From contig DASVWC010000017.1 of the NCBI GenBank assembly GCA_036389835.1, positions 10,877-74,876 of the forward strand: a DNA stretch of 64,000 nucleotides. Direction: 5' to 3'. The stretch comes from Thermoleophilaceae bacterium (GTDB lineage Bacteria; Actinomycetota; Thermoleophilia; Solirubrobacterales; Thermoleophilaceae). Below are positions 55,074 to 64,000 of the stretch, piece after piece; the stretch's first letter is position 1, and each line of letters starts with the position of its first letter. The position numbers were made by a program, and so were the translations under genes. The notes beneath the pieces are model-generated. The model worked only from the letters and a program-made list of their open reading frames with translations. It had not been told where the DNA came from and did no database searches.

Positions 55074-55426
55074 GCGAGCCCCTCCACGACCCGGTCCTGG
55101 AGGGCGAGCATCTCGCCGCCGTCGGCCTCGTGGTCGTAGCCGCACAGGTGCAGCACCCCGTGGACCACCGCCTCCACGACGTCCTCGGTGTGCTCGGGGC
55201 AGATCACGACGTCGCCGAGCTCGCGCGGGCCCGGCGCCGGCCCGGCGCCGTCGACGGGAAACGAGAGCACGTCGGTGGGCGCGTCGCGGCCGCGGTGCTC
55301 GCGGTTGAGCGCGCGGATCTCCTCCTCGCCGACGAGCACGACGGCCACGTGGCCGGCGTCCACCCCGGCGGCCAGCGCCGCCGCCCGGGCCGCCGCCTCC
55401 AGGCGCCCGTCTCCGGTCCCGTGCAC
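55070..55426 (-). CDS. ybeY: rRNA maturation endoribonuclease YbeY
   Basis: HGVLHLCGYDH is the zinc motif, and TDVLSFP is also present. The N-terminus may start earlier at a non-canonical codon, because upstream in-frame codons read SLDIEV. Confidence 0.85.
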   Translation of the reverse strand: MHGTGDGRLEAAARAAALAAGVDAGHVAVVLVGEEEIRALNREHRGRDAPTDVLSFPVDGAGPAPGPRELGDVVICPEHTEDVVEAVVHGVLHLCGYDHEADGGEMLALQDRVVEGLA

Positions 55427-55550
55427 CTCTATGTCGAGCGAGTCGGCGACCGCCCGAGTATGGCGGCGCGCCCTACCAGACGTACGGCCAGCCGCCCGAG
55501 TCCCAGCCCAGGTAGTTGATGCCGAGGAACGACTGCCCGGCCAGGCGCGA

Positions 55551-56495
55551 TCAGGGCGACTTGCGCGCGTGCCGGTCGTACGCCGCCACGATGCGCTGCA
55601 CGAGCTTGTGGCGCACCACGTCCTCGCCGCCGAAGCGCACGAACTCGATCCCCTCGACCTCGCCGAGGATGTCGCCGATCACGATCAGCCCGGAGCGCCG
55701 GTCGCCCTCGAGGTCGATCTGGGTGATGTCGCCGGTAACGACCATCTTCGAGTTGAACCCGAGCCGCGTGAGGAACATCTTCATCTGCTCGGGGCTCGTG
55801 TTCTGGGCCTCGTCGAGGATGATGAACGAGTCGTTCAGCGTCCGGCCGCGCATGAACGCGAGCGGCGCGACCTCGATCGTGCCGCGGTCGAGGTACTGGT
55901 TGACCTTCTCGGGCTCGAGCATGCTGTAGAGCGCGTCGAAGAGCGGCCTCAGGTACGGGTCGACCTTCGCCATCAGGTCGCCCGGCAGGAACCCGAGGCG
56001 CTCGCCGGCCTCGACCGCCGGCCGCGTGAGCACGATCCGGTTGACCTCGCGCCGGGACAGCGCGGCGACCGCCATCGCTACCGCGAGGAACGACTTGCCG
56101 GTGCCCGCCGGGCCGATGCCCACGGTGATCGTCTCGTTGCGGATCGCGTCCACGTAGCGCTTCTGGTTCACGGTCTTCGGGGCGACCTTCAGCCCGCGGT
56201 GGCGCCAGACGACGTCCTCGAGGATCGCGCTCGGGCTCTCCTTCTGGTCGAGCGCGCTGGTGATGGCGGCGATCGTCCCGGGGGCGATCTCGTGGCCCTG
56301 GCGCACGAGGTCCGACACCTCGCGCACGACCTCCTCGGCCGCGGCCACGTCGCCCTCCTCCCCCTCGAGCGTGAGGATGTTGCCGCGCAGGAAGATCTCC
56401 GCGCCGAGGTGGCCCTCGAGCGTCTTCATGATCGCGTCGCCGGGACCCGCCAGCTCGCTGGCGACGTCGTTCGTCAGCTCGACCTGCGTGCGCAC
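55551..56495 (-). CDS. phoH: PhoH-like ATPase (YbeZ)
   Basis: 314 aa with GPAGTGKSFLAVAMAV and IILDEAQNT. Confidence 0.9.
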   Translation of the reverse strand: MRTQVELTNDVASELAGPGDAIMKTLEGHLGAEIFLRGNILTLEGEEGDVAAAEEVVREVSDLVRQGHEIAPGTIAAITSALDQKESPSAILEDVVWRHRGLKVAPKTVNQKRYVDAIRNETITVGIGPAGTGKSFLAVAMAVAALSRREVNRIVLTRPAVEAGERLGFLPGDLMAKVDPYLRPLFDALYSMLEPEKVNQYLDRGTIEVAPLAFMRGRTLNDSFIILDEAQNTSPEQMKMFLTRLGFNSKMVVTGDITQIDLEGDRRSGLIVIGDILGEVEGIEFVRFGGEDVVRHKLVQRIVAAYDRHARKSP

Positions 56496-56935
56496 TACGG
56501 CGTGAGCTTCTCCTTGACCAGCGCGCTCACGCGCTTGCCGTCGGCGCGGCCCTGCACCCGCGGCATGACCATCGACATCACGCGGCCGATCTCCTTCGGC
56601 GAGGCGGCCCCGGTCTCGGCGACGGCGTCGCCGACGATCGCGGCCAGCTCGTCGTCGGACATCTGCTCGGGCAGGTACTCGCCGATCAGCTCGGCCTCGC
56701 GCTCCTCGCCCGCGGCGAGGTCGTCGCGGCCGGCGTCGCGGTAGGCCCCGGCCGACTCGAGCCGGCGCTTGCGCTCGCGCTGGAGCACGGCGACCTCGTC
56801 GGCCTCGGAGCCGGCCGCGTCCTTGTGCGCCTTCTGGAGCTCGGACACGATCAGGCGCAGCGCGCCCACGCGGTCGCGCTCGCCGGCCTTCAGCGCGGCG
56901 GTGGTGTCGGCCTGAACCCGTTCGAGGAGCGACAT
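56495..56935 (-). CDS. GatB/YqeY domain protein
   Basis: 146 aa from the ATG at 56935, with LKAGERDRVGALRLI...EIGRVMSMVMPRVQGRADGKRVSALVKEKL. Confidence 0.85.
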   Translation of the reverse strand: MSLLERVQADTTAALKAGERDRVGALRLIVSELQKAHKDAAGSEADEVAVLQRERKRRLESAGAYRDAGRDDLAAGEEREAELIGEYLPEQMSDDELAAIVGDAVAETGAASPKEIGRVMSMVMPRVQGRADGKRVSALVKEKLTP

Positions 56936-56946
56936 CCCGGTCCAGT

Positions 56947-58566
56947 CTAGGGCGAGCCGCCCGGCCGCCGGAGCTCCCAAACCCACTCGAGCGGCGAGCG
57001 GTGCACGAGCCGTGCGCGCGGGAGCAGCGCGCGCCGCAGCCGCGCCGCCTTGGCGCACTGGTCGCCGCCGCCGCAGGTGGAGAACTCGTCCGCGCCGGGA
57101 TCGAACGCCTCGCGGCTGACCAGCACCCGCCCGCGCCAGAGCGACACCTCCTCGAGCGCCCCCTCGACCGCCACGTCGCCCGGATCGACCACCTGCACGC
57201 CGGCGAAGTAGCGGATGTACTTCGCCTCGAGGTAGTTGTTCACGAGCACCAGGTCGCCGGGCCGCGCGTTGTCGGCGTACCAGCGCGTGCGCGCCCGCCA
57301 GTAGTCGTCGCCGTCGTCGCCCGCGGGGATCATGCTGCCGGCGAGGTTCACGACGGCGAGCAGGCCCACCAGCGCACCGGTCAGCAGGCGGTCGCGGCGG
57401 GCGCCCCCGCCGCGCAGCGGGATCGCGAGCAGGATCGCGAGCGGCACCCAGGTCGCGATCCAGAACTCCACGTTGATCGGCTCCCACCAGGTGAAGAAGG
57501 CGGCATAGGTGACCGCCCAGCAGGCGCACAGGATCGCGAGCGCGCGGGCGGGGGCGTCGAGGGCGCGCCGTGCCCGCCAGGCGCGCACGGCGGCGGCGAG
57601 CGCGAGCGCCGCGATCGCCGCGGTGAGCGCGAGCAGGACGGCGGCCAGGCCGGTGGGGTAGTCGCGCATGAAGTACAGCTCCTCGCGCGGGTTGCGCCCG
57701 CCGCGGCTCCCGAAGGCGTCGGCCGTGGCGTCGATCGCGAACGCGGAGTGGCCGCCGACGAGCGTCCGCCCCGCGCCGATCGCGCCGTTGGGGACCATCT
57801 TCGGCTCGAGGTTGCCCCACGGGCCGGAGACCGCGTAGCTGCTCAGCCAGTCGTATGCCTGGGCGGGGCTCTCGCGCCCGTTCGCGAGCGCCGCCGCGGC
57901 GTAGGATGGGACGGTGACCGCCACCGCCACGAGGCCGTAGGCCAGCCCGCGCCGCGCGAGCTCCCCGAGCGGCGCGTCGCCGCGCGAGAGGAGCAGGGCG
58001 GCGAGCACCGGGACCGCGAACAGCACGTTCGTGTCGTGGGTGAGCACGGCCAGGCCGTTGGCGAGGCCGAGCAGCGCGAACGCCCGGACGCTCGGCCGCA
58101 GCGCCGCGCGGTGGGCGAGCGCGAGGCAGGCGATCAGCAGCGTGGCCGAGAGGACGTAGACCTCCGACTCGCCGCTGTAGAACCAGTAGCCGTAGGAGAA
58201 GCCGAGCACGCCGCAGGCCATCGCGCAGCCGAGCCGGTCCCAGCCGAGCGAGCGCAGCCACCACCAGAGCAGGCCGACGCCGGCCGCCCCCACGAGCGCG
58301 TTCTGGAACTGGATCGCGCCGAGCGCCCCGCCGTCGTAGCCGAGCGCCAGGGCGAGGTTGTGCGCCACCCACGCCAGCGCTCCCCAGAGCACGTGGTGCG
58401 GGTGCAGGACCGACGCGGCGTCGCCGTCCCTGATGCCGGCCGCGTAGCCCACCGCGTCCTCGGCCTCGCCGTGGTTCGCGGTGAGCGTCAGGAGGTAGAG
58501 GACCGCGAATGCCGTCGCGAGCAGCGCCGCCTCCCGGCGGGCGGCGCGGGCGTCCACGGAGCTCAC
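56947..58566 (-). CDS. Polytopic membrane protein, GT-C-like (function unknown)
   Basis: 539 aa with more than 10 TM helices and a soluble C-terminal domain. It lies downstream of a membrane GT2 in the same orientation. Confidence 0.65.
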   Translation of the reverse strand: MSSVDARAARREAALLATAFAVLYLLTLTANHGEAEDAVGYAAGIRDGDAASVLHPHHVLWGALAWVAHNLALALGYDGGALGAIQFQNALVGAAGVGLLWWWLRSLGWDRLGCAMACGVLGFSYGYWFYSGESEVYVLSATLLIACLALAHRAALRPSVRAFALLGLANGLAVLTHDTNVLFAVPVLAALLLSRGDAPLGELARRGLAYGLVAVAVTVPSYAAAALANGRESPAQAYDWLSSYAVSGPWGNLEPKMVPNGAIGAGRTLVGGHSAFAIDATADAFGSRGGRNPREELYFMRDYPTGLAAVLLALTAAIAALALAAAVRAWRARRALDAPARALAILCACWAVTYAAFFTWWEPINVEFWIATWVPLAILLAIPLRGGGARRDRLLTGALVGLLAVVNLAGSMIPAGDDGDDYWRARTRWYADNARPGDLVLVNNYLEAKYIRYFAGVQVVDPGDVAVEGALEEVSLWRGRVLVSREAFDPGADEFSTCGGGDQCAKAARLRRALLPRARLVHRSPLEWVWELRRPGGSP

Positions 58567-58579
58567 GCGGCGGAGCCTA

Positions 58580-59734
58580 TTACCGGGGCGTGCGCACCCA
58601 CGCCGACGGGCCGCGACCGGCGAGCGCCTGCGCGTACACGCGCAGCTTGAAGGTCACCAGCAGCGGCGCGCTCAGGAGCGCGCGCCACACGGGCGCCGGC
58701 GCCCGCACCAGCGCGAGGCCGCCGAGCACGTAGGCCGCCTGCGCCGTCAGGCTGGCCGCGGCGAGCCGGGCGGTGCGCGGGAGGCGCAGCGCGCCGGCCA
58801 GCGCGCCCAGGGCCAGCGACCCGGCGGCGAGGACCGACTGGGGCGGGAGCAGCGGCTCGAGCCCCGCGTGCACCCGGCGCGGGTCGCCCGCCCGCAGCCC
58901 GCGCGCGGCGACGGCGGCGCCGCGCCGGCCCGTGGCCAGGCGCCCGGCCTCCCAGCGCTGCTGCTGCGACTCGCTCGCGGCGAACGAGGCCGGCATCGGC
59001 GACTCGACCGACGCCTCCGGCGCGAACACGACCCGCTCGCCCGCCGCGACCAGCCGCAGGTGCTGCTCGGCGTCCTCGGTCAACCCGTGGGCCCGCCACG
59101 GGACGCGCCTGAGCAGGTCGAGGCTGAACGCCATCCCCGACCCGAACAGGCCGCACGAGAGCCCGAGCGACGTCTTCCCGCGCGGCCGGACGTCGTTCAT
59201 CAGCGCGAACCCCGCCCAGCGCAGCGCCGCGGCCGGCGAGGCCCCGGGGTCGGCCACGCGATAGGCCGCCTGGACGGCGCCGGCGCCGGCTCGCATGCGC
59301 CGCCCGCACGCCTCGAGCAGGTTCGGCGAGGGGTGGCAGTCCGCGTCGAGCAGCACGACGCCGTCCGACCCCGCCCGCTCGCGCAGGACCCGCTCCAGCG
59401 CCCACTCGAGCGCCTCGCCCTTGCCCGGCCGCTCCGGGTCGTCGCGCTCCCACACGGTGGCCCCGGCGCCCGCGGCCCGCTCGGCGGTCGCGTCGGAGCA
59501 GTTGTCCGCCACGACGATCGCCTCGGCGCCGAGGGCCACGGTCGCGGCCACGGTCGGCGCGATGACCTCCTCCTCGTCGTGCGCGGGGATCAGCACGACG
59601 AAGCGCATCGGCGCGCCGGCGCGGCCCGGCCGCGACGGCCGGACGGCGGCCGCCAGCAGGACGAGCAGGTACCCGTTCGCCAGCGCGAGGACGGCGGCCG
59701 GCAGAGCCAGGATGGTGTCGAGCGTGCGCCTCAT
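58580..59734 (-). CDS. Membrane-bound glycosyltransferase family 2 (processive/CESA-like type)
   Basis: 384 aa with an N-terminal TM. It has VVLIPAHDEE, LLDADC and the QQRWEAG motif (Q(Q/R)xRW-like), plus C-terminal TM helices. Confidence 0.8.
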   Translation of the reverse strand: MRRTLDTILALPAAVLALANGYLLVLLAAAVRPSRPGRAGAPMRFVVLIPAHDEEEVIAPTVAATVALGAEAIVVADNCSDATAERAAGAGATVWERDDPERPGKGEALEWALERVLRERAGSDGVVLLDADCHPSPNLLEACGRRMRAGAGAVQAAYRVADPGASPAAALRWAGFALMNDVRPRGKTSLGLSCGLFGSGMAFSLDLLRRVPWRAHGLTEDAEQHLRLVAAGERVVFAPEASVESPMPASFAASESQQQRWEAGRLATGRRGAAVAARGLRAGDPRRVHAGLEPLLPPQSVLAAGSLALGALAGALRLPRTARLAAASLTAQAAYVLGGLALVRAPAPVWRALLSAPLLVTFKLRVYAQALAGRGPSAWVRTPR

Positions 59735-59769
59735 TGCGCCGTGCGGGCGGCGAGTCTAGGCTGCCGCGC

Positions 59770-60453
59770 GTGCGTCCCGCGTGGGCAACGTTCGACTGCT
59801 ACGGCACCCTGATCGACTGGGAGGGCGGCTTCGGGTCGTTCCTGTACGCGCGGGCGCTGCGCCAGGGCGAGGACGACCCCGCCGCCGGCGACGAGCTGCG
59901 CGAGCGCTTCGAGGCGATCCAGTTCGAGCTGATCGGTGGCGACTACCGACCGTACGGGGACGTCCTCGCCGAGACCCTGCGGCGCTTCTGCGACGAGTTC
60001 GGCTGGCCGCCGCCGGACGCCGCCGAGGAGGCGGAGCTCGTGCGCGCGATGCGGAGCTGGCAGCCGTTCCCCGACACGCGACCGGCGCTCGAGCGCACGC
60101 GCGCGGCGGGCATGCGGCTGATGATCGTCTCGAACACCGACCGCGACATCATGGCCCACAGCCTCAAGCACATAGGCGTGCCGTTCGACCAGGTGCAGGT
60201 GGCCGAGGACGTGGGCGCCTACAAGCCGGCCGACGAGGTCTTCGCCGCCGCCCTCGAGCGGATCGGCGAGCCGCCCGAGAACGTGCTCCACGTGGCGTTC
60301 GGGTTCAAGTACGACATCGCGCCCGCCGCCCGCGCCGGGATGCGCACGGCCTGGGTCAACCGCCACCAGGCGCCGCCCCCCGGCGACGCGCCGTTCGACC
60401 ACGAGTGGCGCGACCTCTGGGGCCTCGCCGAGCTGGCCGGCTCAGCGGGTTAG
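59770..60453 (+). CDS. HAD-superfamily hydrolase (haloacid dehalogenase type II-like)
   Basis: FDCYGTLIDW is the DxYGT motif I, with VSNTD and YKPA also present. The start is uncertain. The GTG at 59770 is preferred over the TTG at 59734, which would overlap the divergent gene start. Confidence 0.75.
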   Translation: MRPAWATFDCYGTLIDWEGGFGSFLYARALRQGEDDPAAGDELRERFEAIQFELIGGDYRPYGDVLAETLRRFCDEFGWPPPDAAEEAELVRAMRSWQPFPDTRPALERTRAAGMRLMIVSNTDRDIMAHSLKHIGVPFDQVQVAEDVGAYKPADEVFAAALERIGEPPENVLHVAFGFKYDIAPAARAGMRTAWVNRHQAPPPGDAPFDHEWRDLWGLAELAGSAG

Positions 60454-60960
60454 CCAGACCGCCGCGTCCCACAGCGACGCCGCCACGTGCTCGACCGGCG
60501 TCGCCGGCGGGCCGGCGCCGATCATCACCAGGCGGCAGCCGGCGGCGGCCCCCGCCTGCATGTCGCTCTCGGAGTCGCCGATCATCACGCTCGCGGCGAG
60601 GTCCACGTCCGGCAGGTCGCGGGCGGCCTGGAGCAGCATGCCGGGCTTCGGCTTGCGGCAGTCGCACGAGTCGTGCGCGTGGGGGCAGTAGTAGACCGCG
60701 TCGAGCGCGGCGCCGCGGGCCTCGAGCTCGGCGGTCATCCGGCGGTGGATGTCCTCGACGGCCGCGGCGGTCATCTTCCCGAGCGCCACGCCGCGCTGGT
60801 TGGTGACCACGACCGCGCGCATGCCGCTGCGGCGCAGCAGGGCGATCGCCTCGGGCGCGCGCGGGAGGAAGCGGAACTCGTCCCACGACTCGATGTACTC
60901 GCCGGGCGCGGCCGGGCGGTTGATCGTGCCGTCGCGGTCGAGGAAGGCGACGGGGGTCAC
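60442..60960 (-). CDS. HAD-IIIA phosphatase, D,D-heptose 1,7-bisphosphate phosphatase-like (GmhB-type)
   Basis: 172 aa from the GTG at 60960. It has AFLDRDGTIN and VVTNQ, a Zn-finger-like CPHAHDSCDCRKP, and GDSESD. Confidence 0.8.
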   Translation of the reverse strand: MTPVAFLDRDGTINRPAAPGEYIESWDEFRFLPRAPEAIALLRRSGMRAVVVTNQRGVALGKMTAAAVEDIHRRMTAELEARGAALDAVYYCPHAHDSCDCRKPKPGMLLQAARDLPDVDLAASVMIGDSESDMQAGAAAGCRLVMIGAGPPATPVEHVAASLWDAAVWLTR

Positions 60961-61002
60961 GCCGCGGACACTACCCACGGCGCGGGCGATATCTATGGAA
61001 CG

Positions 61003-62136
61003 GTGCACCGCGTCCCGTTCCTGCCCGCGTCGGTCCTCTACGTCGCCGCGGGCGCGCTCGTCGCGGTCGTGCTGGCGGCGCTGGACGTCGCCCCGCTCGA
61101 CCCCGAGGGCGACCACGATCTGCTCGAGCGGCTGACCGAGCTGGCCCTGGTCGTGGCGGTGTTCGCCGCCGGCCTGACGATCGAGCGCCACGTGCGCCGC
61201 CGGTCGTGGGTCTCGCTCGCGCTCCTGCTCCTGGTCGTGATGCCGCTGACGATCCTCGCGATCGCGCTCTTCGGGATGTGGGCGATGGGCCTCTCGTTCG
61301 CGGCCGCGCTCCTGCTCGGCGCGATCCTCGCCCCCACCGACCCCGTGCTGGCCGGGGACGTGGGGCTGTCGGCGCCCGGCGGCGAGGTCTACGGCGAGCC
61401 GCGGCTCTCGCTCCACACCGAGGCGGGGTTCAACGACGGCCTGGCGTCGCCGTTCGTCGTGCTCGGCCTGTTCGTGGCCGGCGAGGGCGGATCCGGCTGG
61501 GTCGGCGAGTGGCTCGCCTCCGACCTGCTCTGGGGCGCCGGCGCCGGGCTGCTGATCGGGGCCGCCGCCGGCTACGGCGGCGCGGCCCTGCTCACGCGGA
61601 TCGGCGGCCTCGCGGGCGGGCTGGTCACGCTCGGCGCGGCGTTCGGCCTCCACTTCGCCTGCGAGGCGATCGGGACGTACGGCCTGCTCGCGGTGTTCGC
61701 CGCCGGGTTCACGTTCCGCCGCTACGAGTTCGACCACCACATCCACCGGCCGGTGCACCAGGCCGCGGACGTGGCCGGCGGCGCGCTCGAGCTGCTGGTG
61801 CTGGTCATGCTCGGCACGATGCTGACGACCGCCGGGCTCGACGCCCCCGGCGTCGAGGGCTGGCTCCTCGCGCCGCTGCTGCTGGTCGCGGTCAGGCCGC
61901 TGCTGGTGTTCGCGACCGCGGGGAGCTTCATGGACCTCCGCGCCCGGCTGTTCCTCGCGTGGTTCGGCGTGCGAGGCGTCGCCGCCCTCTTCTACGCCAC
62001 CGTGGTGGTCGGGGCGGACGTCCTTCCGCCGGACGAGCAGCACGTGGTGGTCTGGACGACGATCGCGTGCGTCGTCTGCTCGATCGTCGTGCACGGCCTC
62101 AGCGCGGCGTCGCTGACCCGGCGCTGGCTCGGCTGA
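61003..62136 (+). CDS. Cation/proton antiporter (CPA1, Na+/H+ exchanger family)
   Basis: About 377 aa from the GTG at 61003, with APTDPVLA and HTEAGFNDGLA motifs and about 10-11 TM helices. Confidence 0.8.
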   Translation: MHRVPFLPASVLYVAAGALVAVVLAALDVAPLDPEGDHDLLERLTELALVVAVFAAGLTIERHVRRRSWVSLALLLLVVMPLTILAIALFGMWAMGLSFAAALLLGAILAPTDPVLAGDVGLSAPGGEVYGEPRLSLHTEAGFNDGLASPFVVLGLFVAGEGGSGWVGEWLASDLLWGAGAGLLIGAAAGYGGAALLTRIGGLAGGLVTLGAAFGLHFACEAIGTYGLLAVFAAGFTFRRYEFDHHIHRPVHQAADVAGGALELLVLVMLGTMLTTAGLDAPGVEGWLLAPLLLVAVRPLLVFATAGSFMDLRARLFLAWFGVRGVAALFYATVVVGADVLPPDEQHVVVWTTIACVVCSIVVHGLSAASLTRRWLG

Positions 62137-62148
62137 CAAGCTAGCCGC

Positions 62149-63939
62149 GTGCACGAGGGCGAACTGATCCTGATCGGCGCGGCGATGCTCGCCGGCGGCC
62201 TCGGCGCGTCGCTGATGGCGCGGCGGCTGCGGCTGCCGAGCCTGCTGCTGTTCCTCGCGCTCGGGATGGCGGTGGGCTCCGAGGGCGCCGGCTGGCTCCC
62301 GTTCGACGACTACGAGATGGCCCGCGCGGTCGGAGTGATCGCGCTGGCGCTGATCCTCTACGAGGGCGGGATGTCGGCGGGCTTCGACGAGATCCGCCCG
62401 GTCCTGCGGCCGGCGGCGGGCCTCGCGCTCCTCGGGACGCTGGCCACCGCGGCGATCGTCGGGCTCTCGGCGGCGTGGCTGTTCGACCTCACGACCGTGG
62501 AGGGCCTGCTGATCGGCGCCGTGGTCTCGGCCACCGACGGCGCCGCGATCTTCGCGCTGCTGCGCAACTCCACGCTCGAGCGCCGGCTCGCGCGAACGCT
62601 CGAGGGCGAGTCGGGGCTGAACGACCCGATCGCCGTGCTGCTCGTGCTCGGGTTCATCGAGTGGCTCGAGCAGCCGGATTACGGGGTGGTGGACATGCTC
62701 GGGCTGTTCGCCGAGCAGCTCGGCATCGGGCTGGCGATCGGTGCGCTGGTGGGCTCCGGCGCCGTGTACGCGTTCCGGCGCGCGCAGCTCGACACCGCCG
62801 GCCTCTACCCGGTCGCCTCGCTCGCCACCGCCGGCCTGGCCTTCGGCGCGGCCGACGTGCTCGGCGGCTCCGGCTTCTTGGCGGTGTACCTGGCCGGACT
62901 GATCGTCGGGACCGCCACGATCCCGGCCAAGCGAACGATCGTCACCTTCCACCAGGGGCTCGCGTGGGTCGCGCAGATCGCGATGTTCCTCGTGCTCGGG
63001 CTGCTGATCTTCCCGAGCGAGCTTGGCGAGGTCTGGTTCGACGGGATCGTGCTGGCGCTGATCCTCGTGTTCGTGGCGCGGCCGGCGGCCGTGTTCGCGG
63101 CCACCGCGCTCGATCGCTTCAGCGCGCGCGAGCGGGTGCTGCTCGGGTGGGCCGGGCTGCGCGGCGCCGTGCCGGTGGTGCTGGCCACCTTCCCGGTAAT
63201 CGCGGAGGTGCCCGACAGCCGCGAGTACTTCAACATCGTCTTCTTCGCGGTCGTGATCTCCACGCTGCTCCAGGGAACGACCTTCGAGCCGCTCGCCAAG
63301 TGGCTCGGCCTGACCACGAGCCAGCCGGCGCTGCCGAGCCCGCTGGCGGAGGCGGGCACGATCCGCCGGCTCGGCGCCGAGGTGCTCGAGTACCCCGTCG
63401 GGCCCGACGACGCGATCGTGGGCGCCCGCGTGCGCGACCTCGGCCTGCCGCGCGAGGCGGTCGTGAACGTGATCGTGCGCGGCGACCAGGCGATCCCGCC
63501 GCGCGGCTCGACCCGCCTGCGCGCCGGCGACCGCGTGCACGTGCTGATGCGCCGCGAGGCGGCGCGCCGCGTGCCGGCGCTGATGACCTTCTGGCGCGAG
63601 GGCCCGATCGGCCCGCGCCCGCGCCCGCCGCGGTCGCCCGAGGGCCGCGAGCCGATCATGACGGCGCGCCCCTGGACCGACTCCGACGGCGACCCGGCCC
63701 AGCCCGGCATGATCGCCGGGCGCCGCGTGGTCGAGCAGCTGCGCGTGCGCCGCGACTGCCCCGGCGGCCTCTTCGTCCTCGACGACGGCCGCTACGCCCT
63801 CGGCGGCCCGGTGCTCGCCGTCGGCGGCCGCACCCAGATGTCCGCCTGGGCCCGCCGCCGCATGAGCCGCGTCAGCCAGGACGAGCGCGCCTGGCTCCAG
63901 ACCGTGATCGGAGCGCTGGCCACGGAGGTCCCGGAGTAG
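62149..63939 (+). CDS. K+/H+ antiporter NhaP2/CvrA-type with a C-terminal TrkA-C (RCK_C) domain
   Basis: 596 aa with SATDGAAIF and EGESGLNDPIAV. The C-terminal part has VLEYPVGPDDAIVGARVRDLGLPREAVVNVIVRGDQAIPPRGSTRLRAGDRVHVL. Confidence 0.85.
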   Translation: MHEGELILIGAAMLAGGLGASLMARRLRLPSLLLFLALGMAVGSEGAGWLPFDDYEMARAVGVIALALILYEGGMSAGFDEIRPVLRPAAGLALLGTLATAAIVGLSAAWLFDLTTVEGLLIGAVVSATDGAAIFALLRNSTLERRLARTLEGESGLNDPIAVLLVLGFIEWLEQPDYGVVDMLGLFAEQLGIGLAIGALVGSGAVYAFRRAQLDTAGLYPVASLATAGLAFGAADVLGGSGFLAVYLAGLIVGTATIPAKRTIVTFHQGLAWVAQIAMFLVLGLLIFPSELGEVWFDGIVLALILVFVARPAAVFAATALDRFSARERVLLGWAGLRGAVPVVLATFPVIAEVPDSREYFNIVFFAVVISTLLQGTTFEPLAKWLGLTTSQPALPSPLAEAGTIRRLGAEVLEYPVGPDDAIVGARVRDLGLPREAVVNVIVRGDQAIPPRGSTRLRAGDRVHVLMRREAARRVPALMTFWREGPIGPRPRPPRSPEGREPIMTARPWTDSDGDPAQPGMIAGRRVVEQLRVRRDCPGGLFVLDDGRYALGGPVLAVGGRTQMSAWARRRMSRVSQDERAWLQTVIGALATEVPE

Positions 63940-63987
63940 GCGTGTGTGCGTTTTCACCCCCTATAGGGGGGTCAAACGCACACACGC
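63940..63987 (+). terminator. Long perfect-arm hairpin right after the antiporter stop codon
   Basis: gcgtgtgtgcgttt (63940-63953) pairs perfectly with aaacgcacacacgc (63974-63987). An inner ccccc-TATA-ggggg stem-loop sits between the arms. No clear U-tract follows. Confidence 0.55.
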
Positions 63988-64000
63988 TCGAGCAGCAGCG

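Noticed and set aside
60961-63957. Upstream about 1000 aa of the 1171-aa minus-strand ORF 60442..63957
   Set aside because: It is antisense to two convincing cation/proton antiporter genes and its composition is Arg/Glu/Pro/Gly-rich. Only the C-terminal 172 aa (GmhB-like HAD phosphatase) are credible.
1-64000. Mobile elements, prophage, integrases, tRNA/rRNA genes, toxin-antitoxin or known defence systems
   Set aside because: I found no recombinase, transposase, phage-structural or nuclease/helicase-type translations in any frame, and no tRNA-like cloverleaf in the few non-coding gaps. The window is glycan, RiPP and housekeeping genes only.

Overview
This is a very GC-rich (roughly 70-75% by eye) bacterial chromosome segment with Actinobacteria-like gene content; a deep-branching actinobacterium such as Thermoleophilia is only a guess. 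About 58 CDS are supported. I saw no rRNA, tRNA, CRISPR array, transposase or integrase. All calls come from reading the translations and the DNA by eye, with no database search. Many starts are GTG/TTG, are placed using 4-nt overlaps (GTGA/ATGA), and remain uncertain.

Layout:
- 140-3190: decaprenyl-phospho-arabinose (DPA) donor pathway, with a UbiA-type phosphoribosyltransferase, DprE1 and DprE2.
- 3201-41822: a very large envelope-glycan locus. It holds a priming sugar transferase, about 10 GT2, 5 GT4 and 5-6 GT-C-like membrane proteins including a YfhO protein. It also holds Wzx, Wzz and Wzy, methyl/acetyl/acyl tailoring enzymes and two atypical alkaline-phosphatase-superfamily proteins.
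- 41877-48966: a translationally coupled lasso-peptide operon joined to the glycan genes. Gene order is ABC-2 exporter, PqqD/RRE, HPr-kinase-like kinase, B2 protease, Asn-synthetase-like cyclase, an unlisted 44-aa precursor at 46902-47036, then a fused nucleotidyltransferase::GT26 enzyme.
- 38948-39415: divergent from that unit, a 155-aa protein carries the same lasso leader motif fused to a (GGGS)n spacer and an LPXTG-type sorting signal. This is the most unusual element in the window.
- 48963-53276: a secreted unknown protein, a second MOP flippase and a HEAT-repeat protein.
- 53273-56935: housekeeping genes (crotonase, era, ybeY, phoH, yqeY).
- 56947-63939: another GT-C-like/GT2 pair, HAD phosphatases and two cation/proton antiporters.
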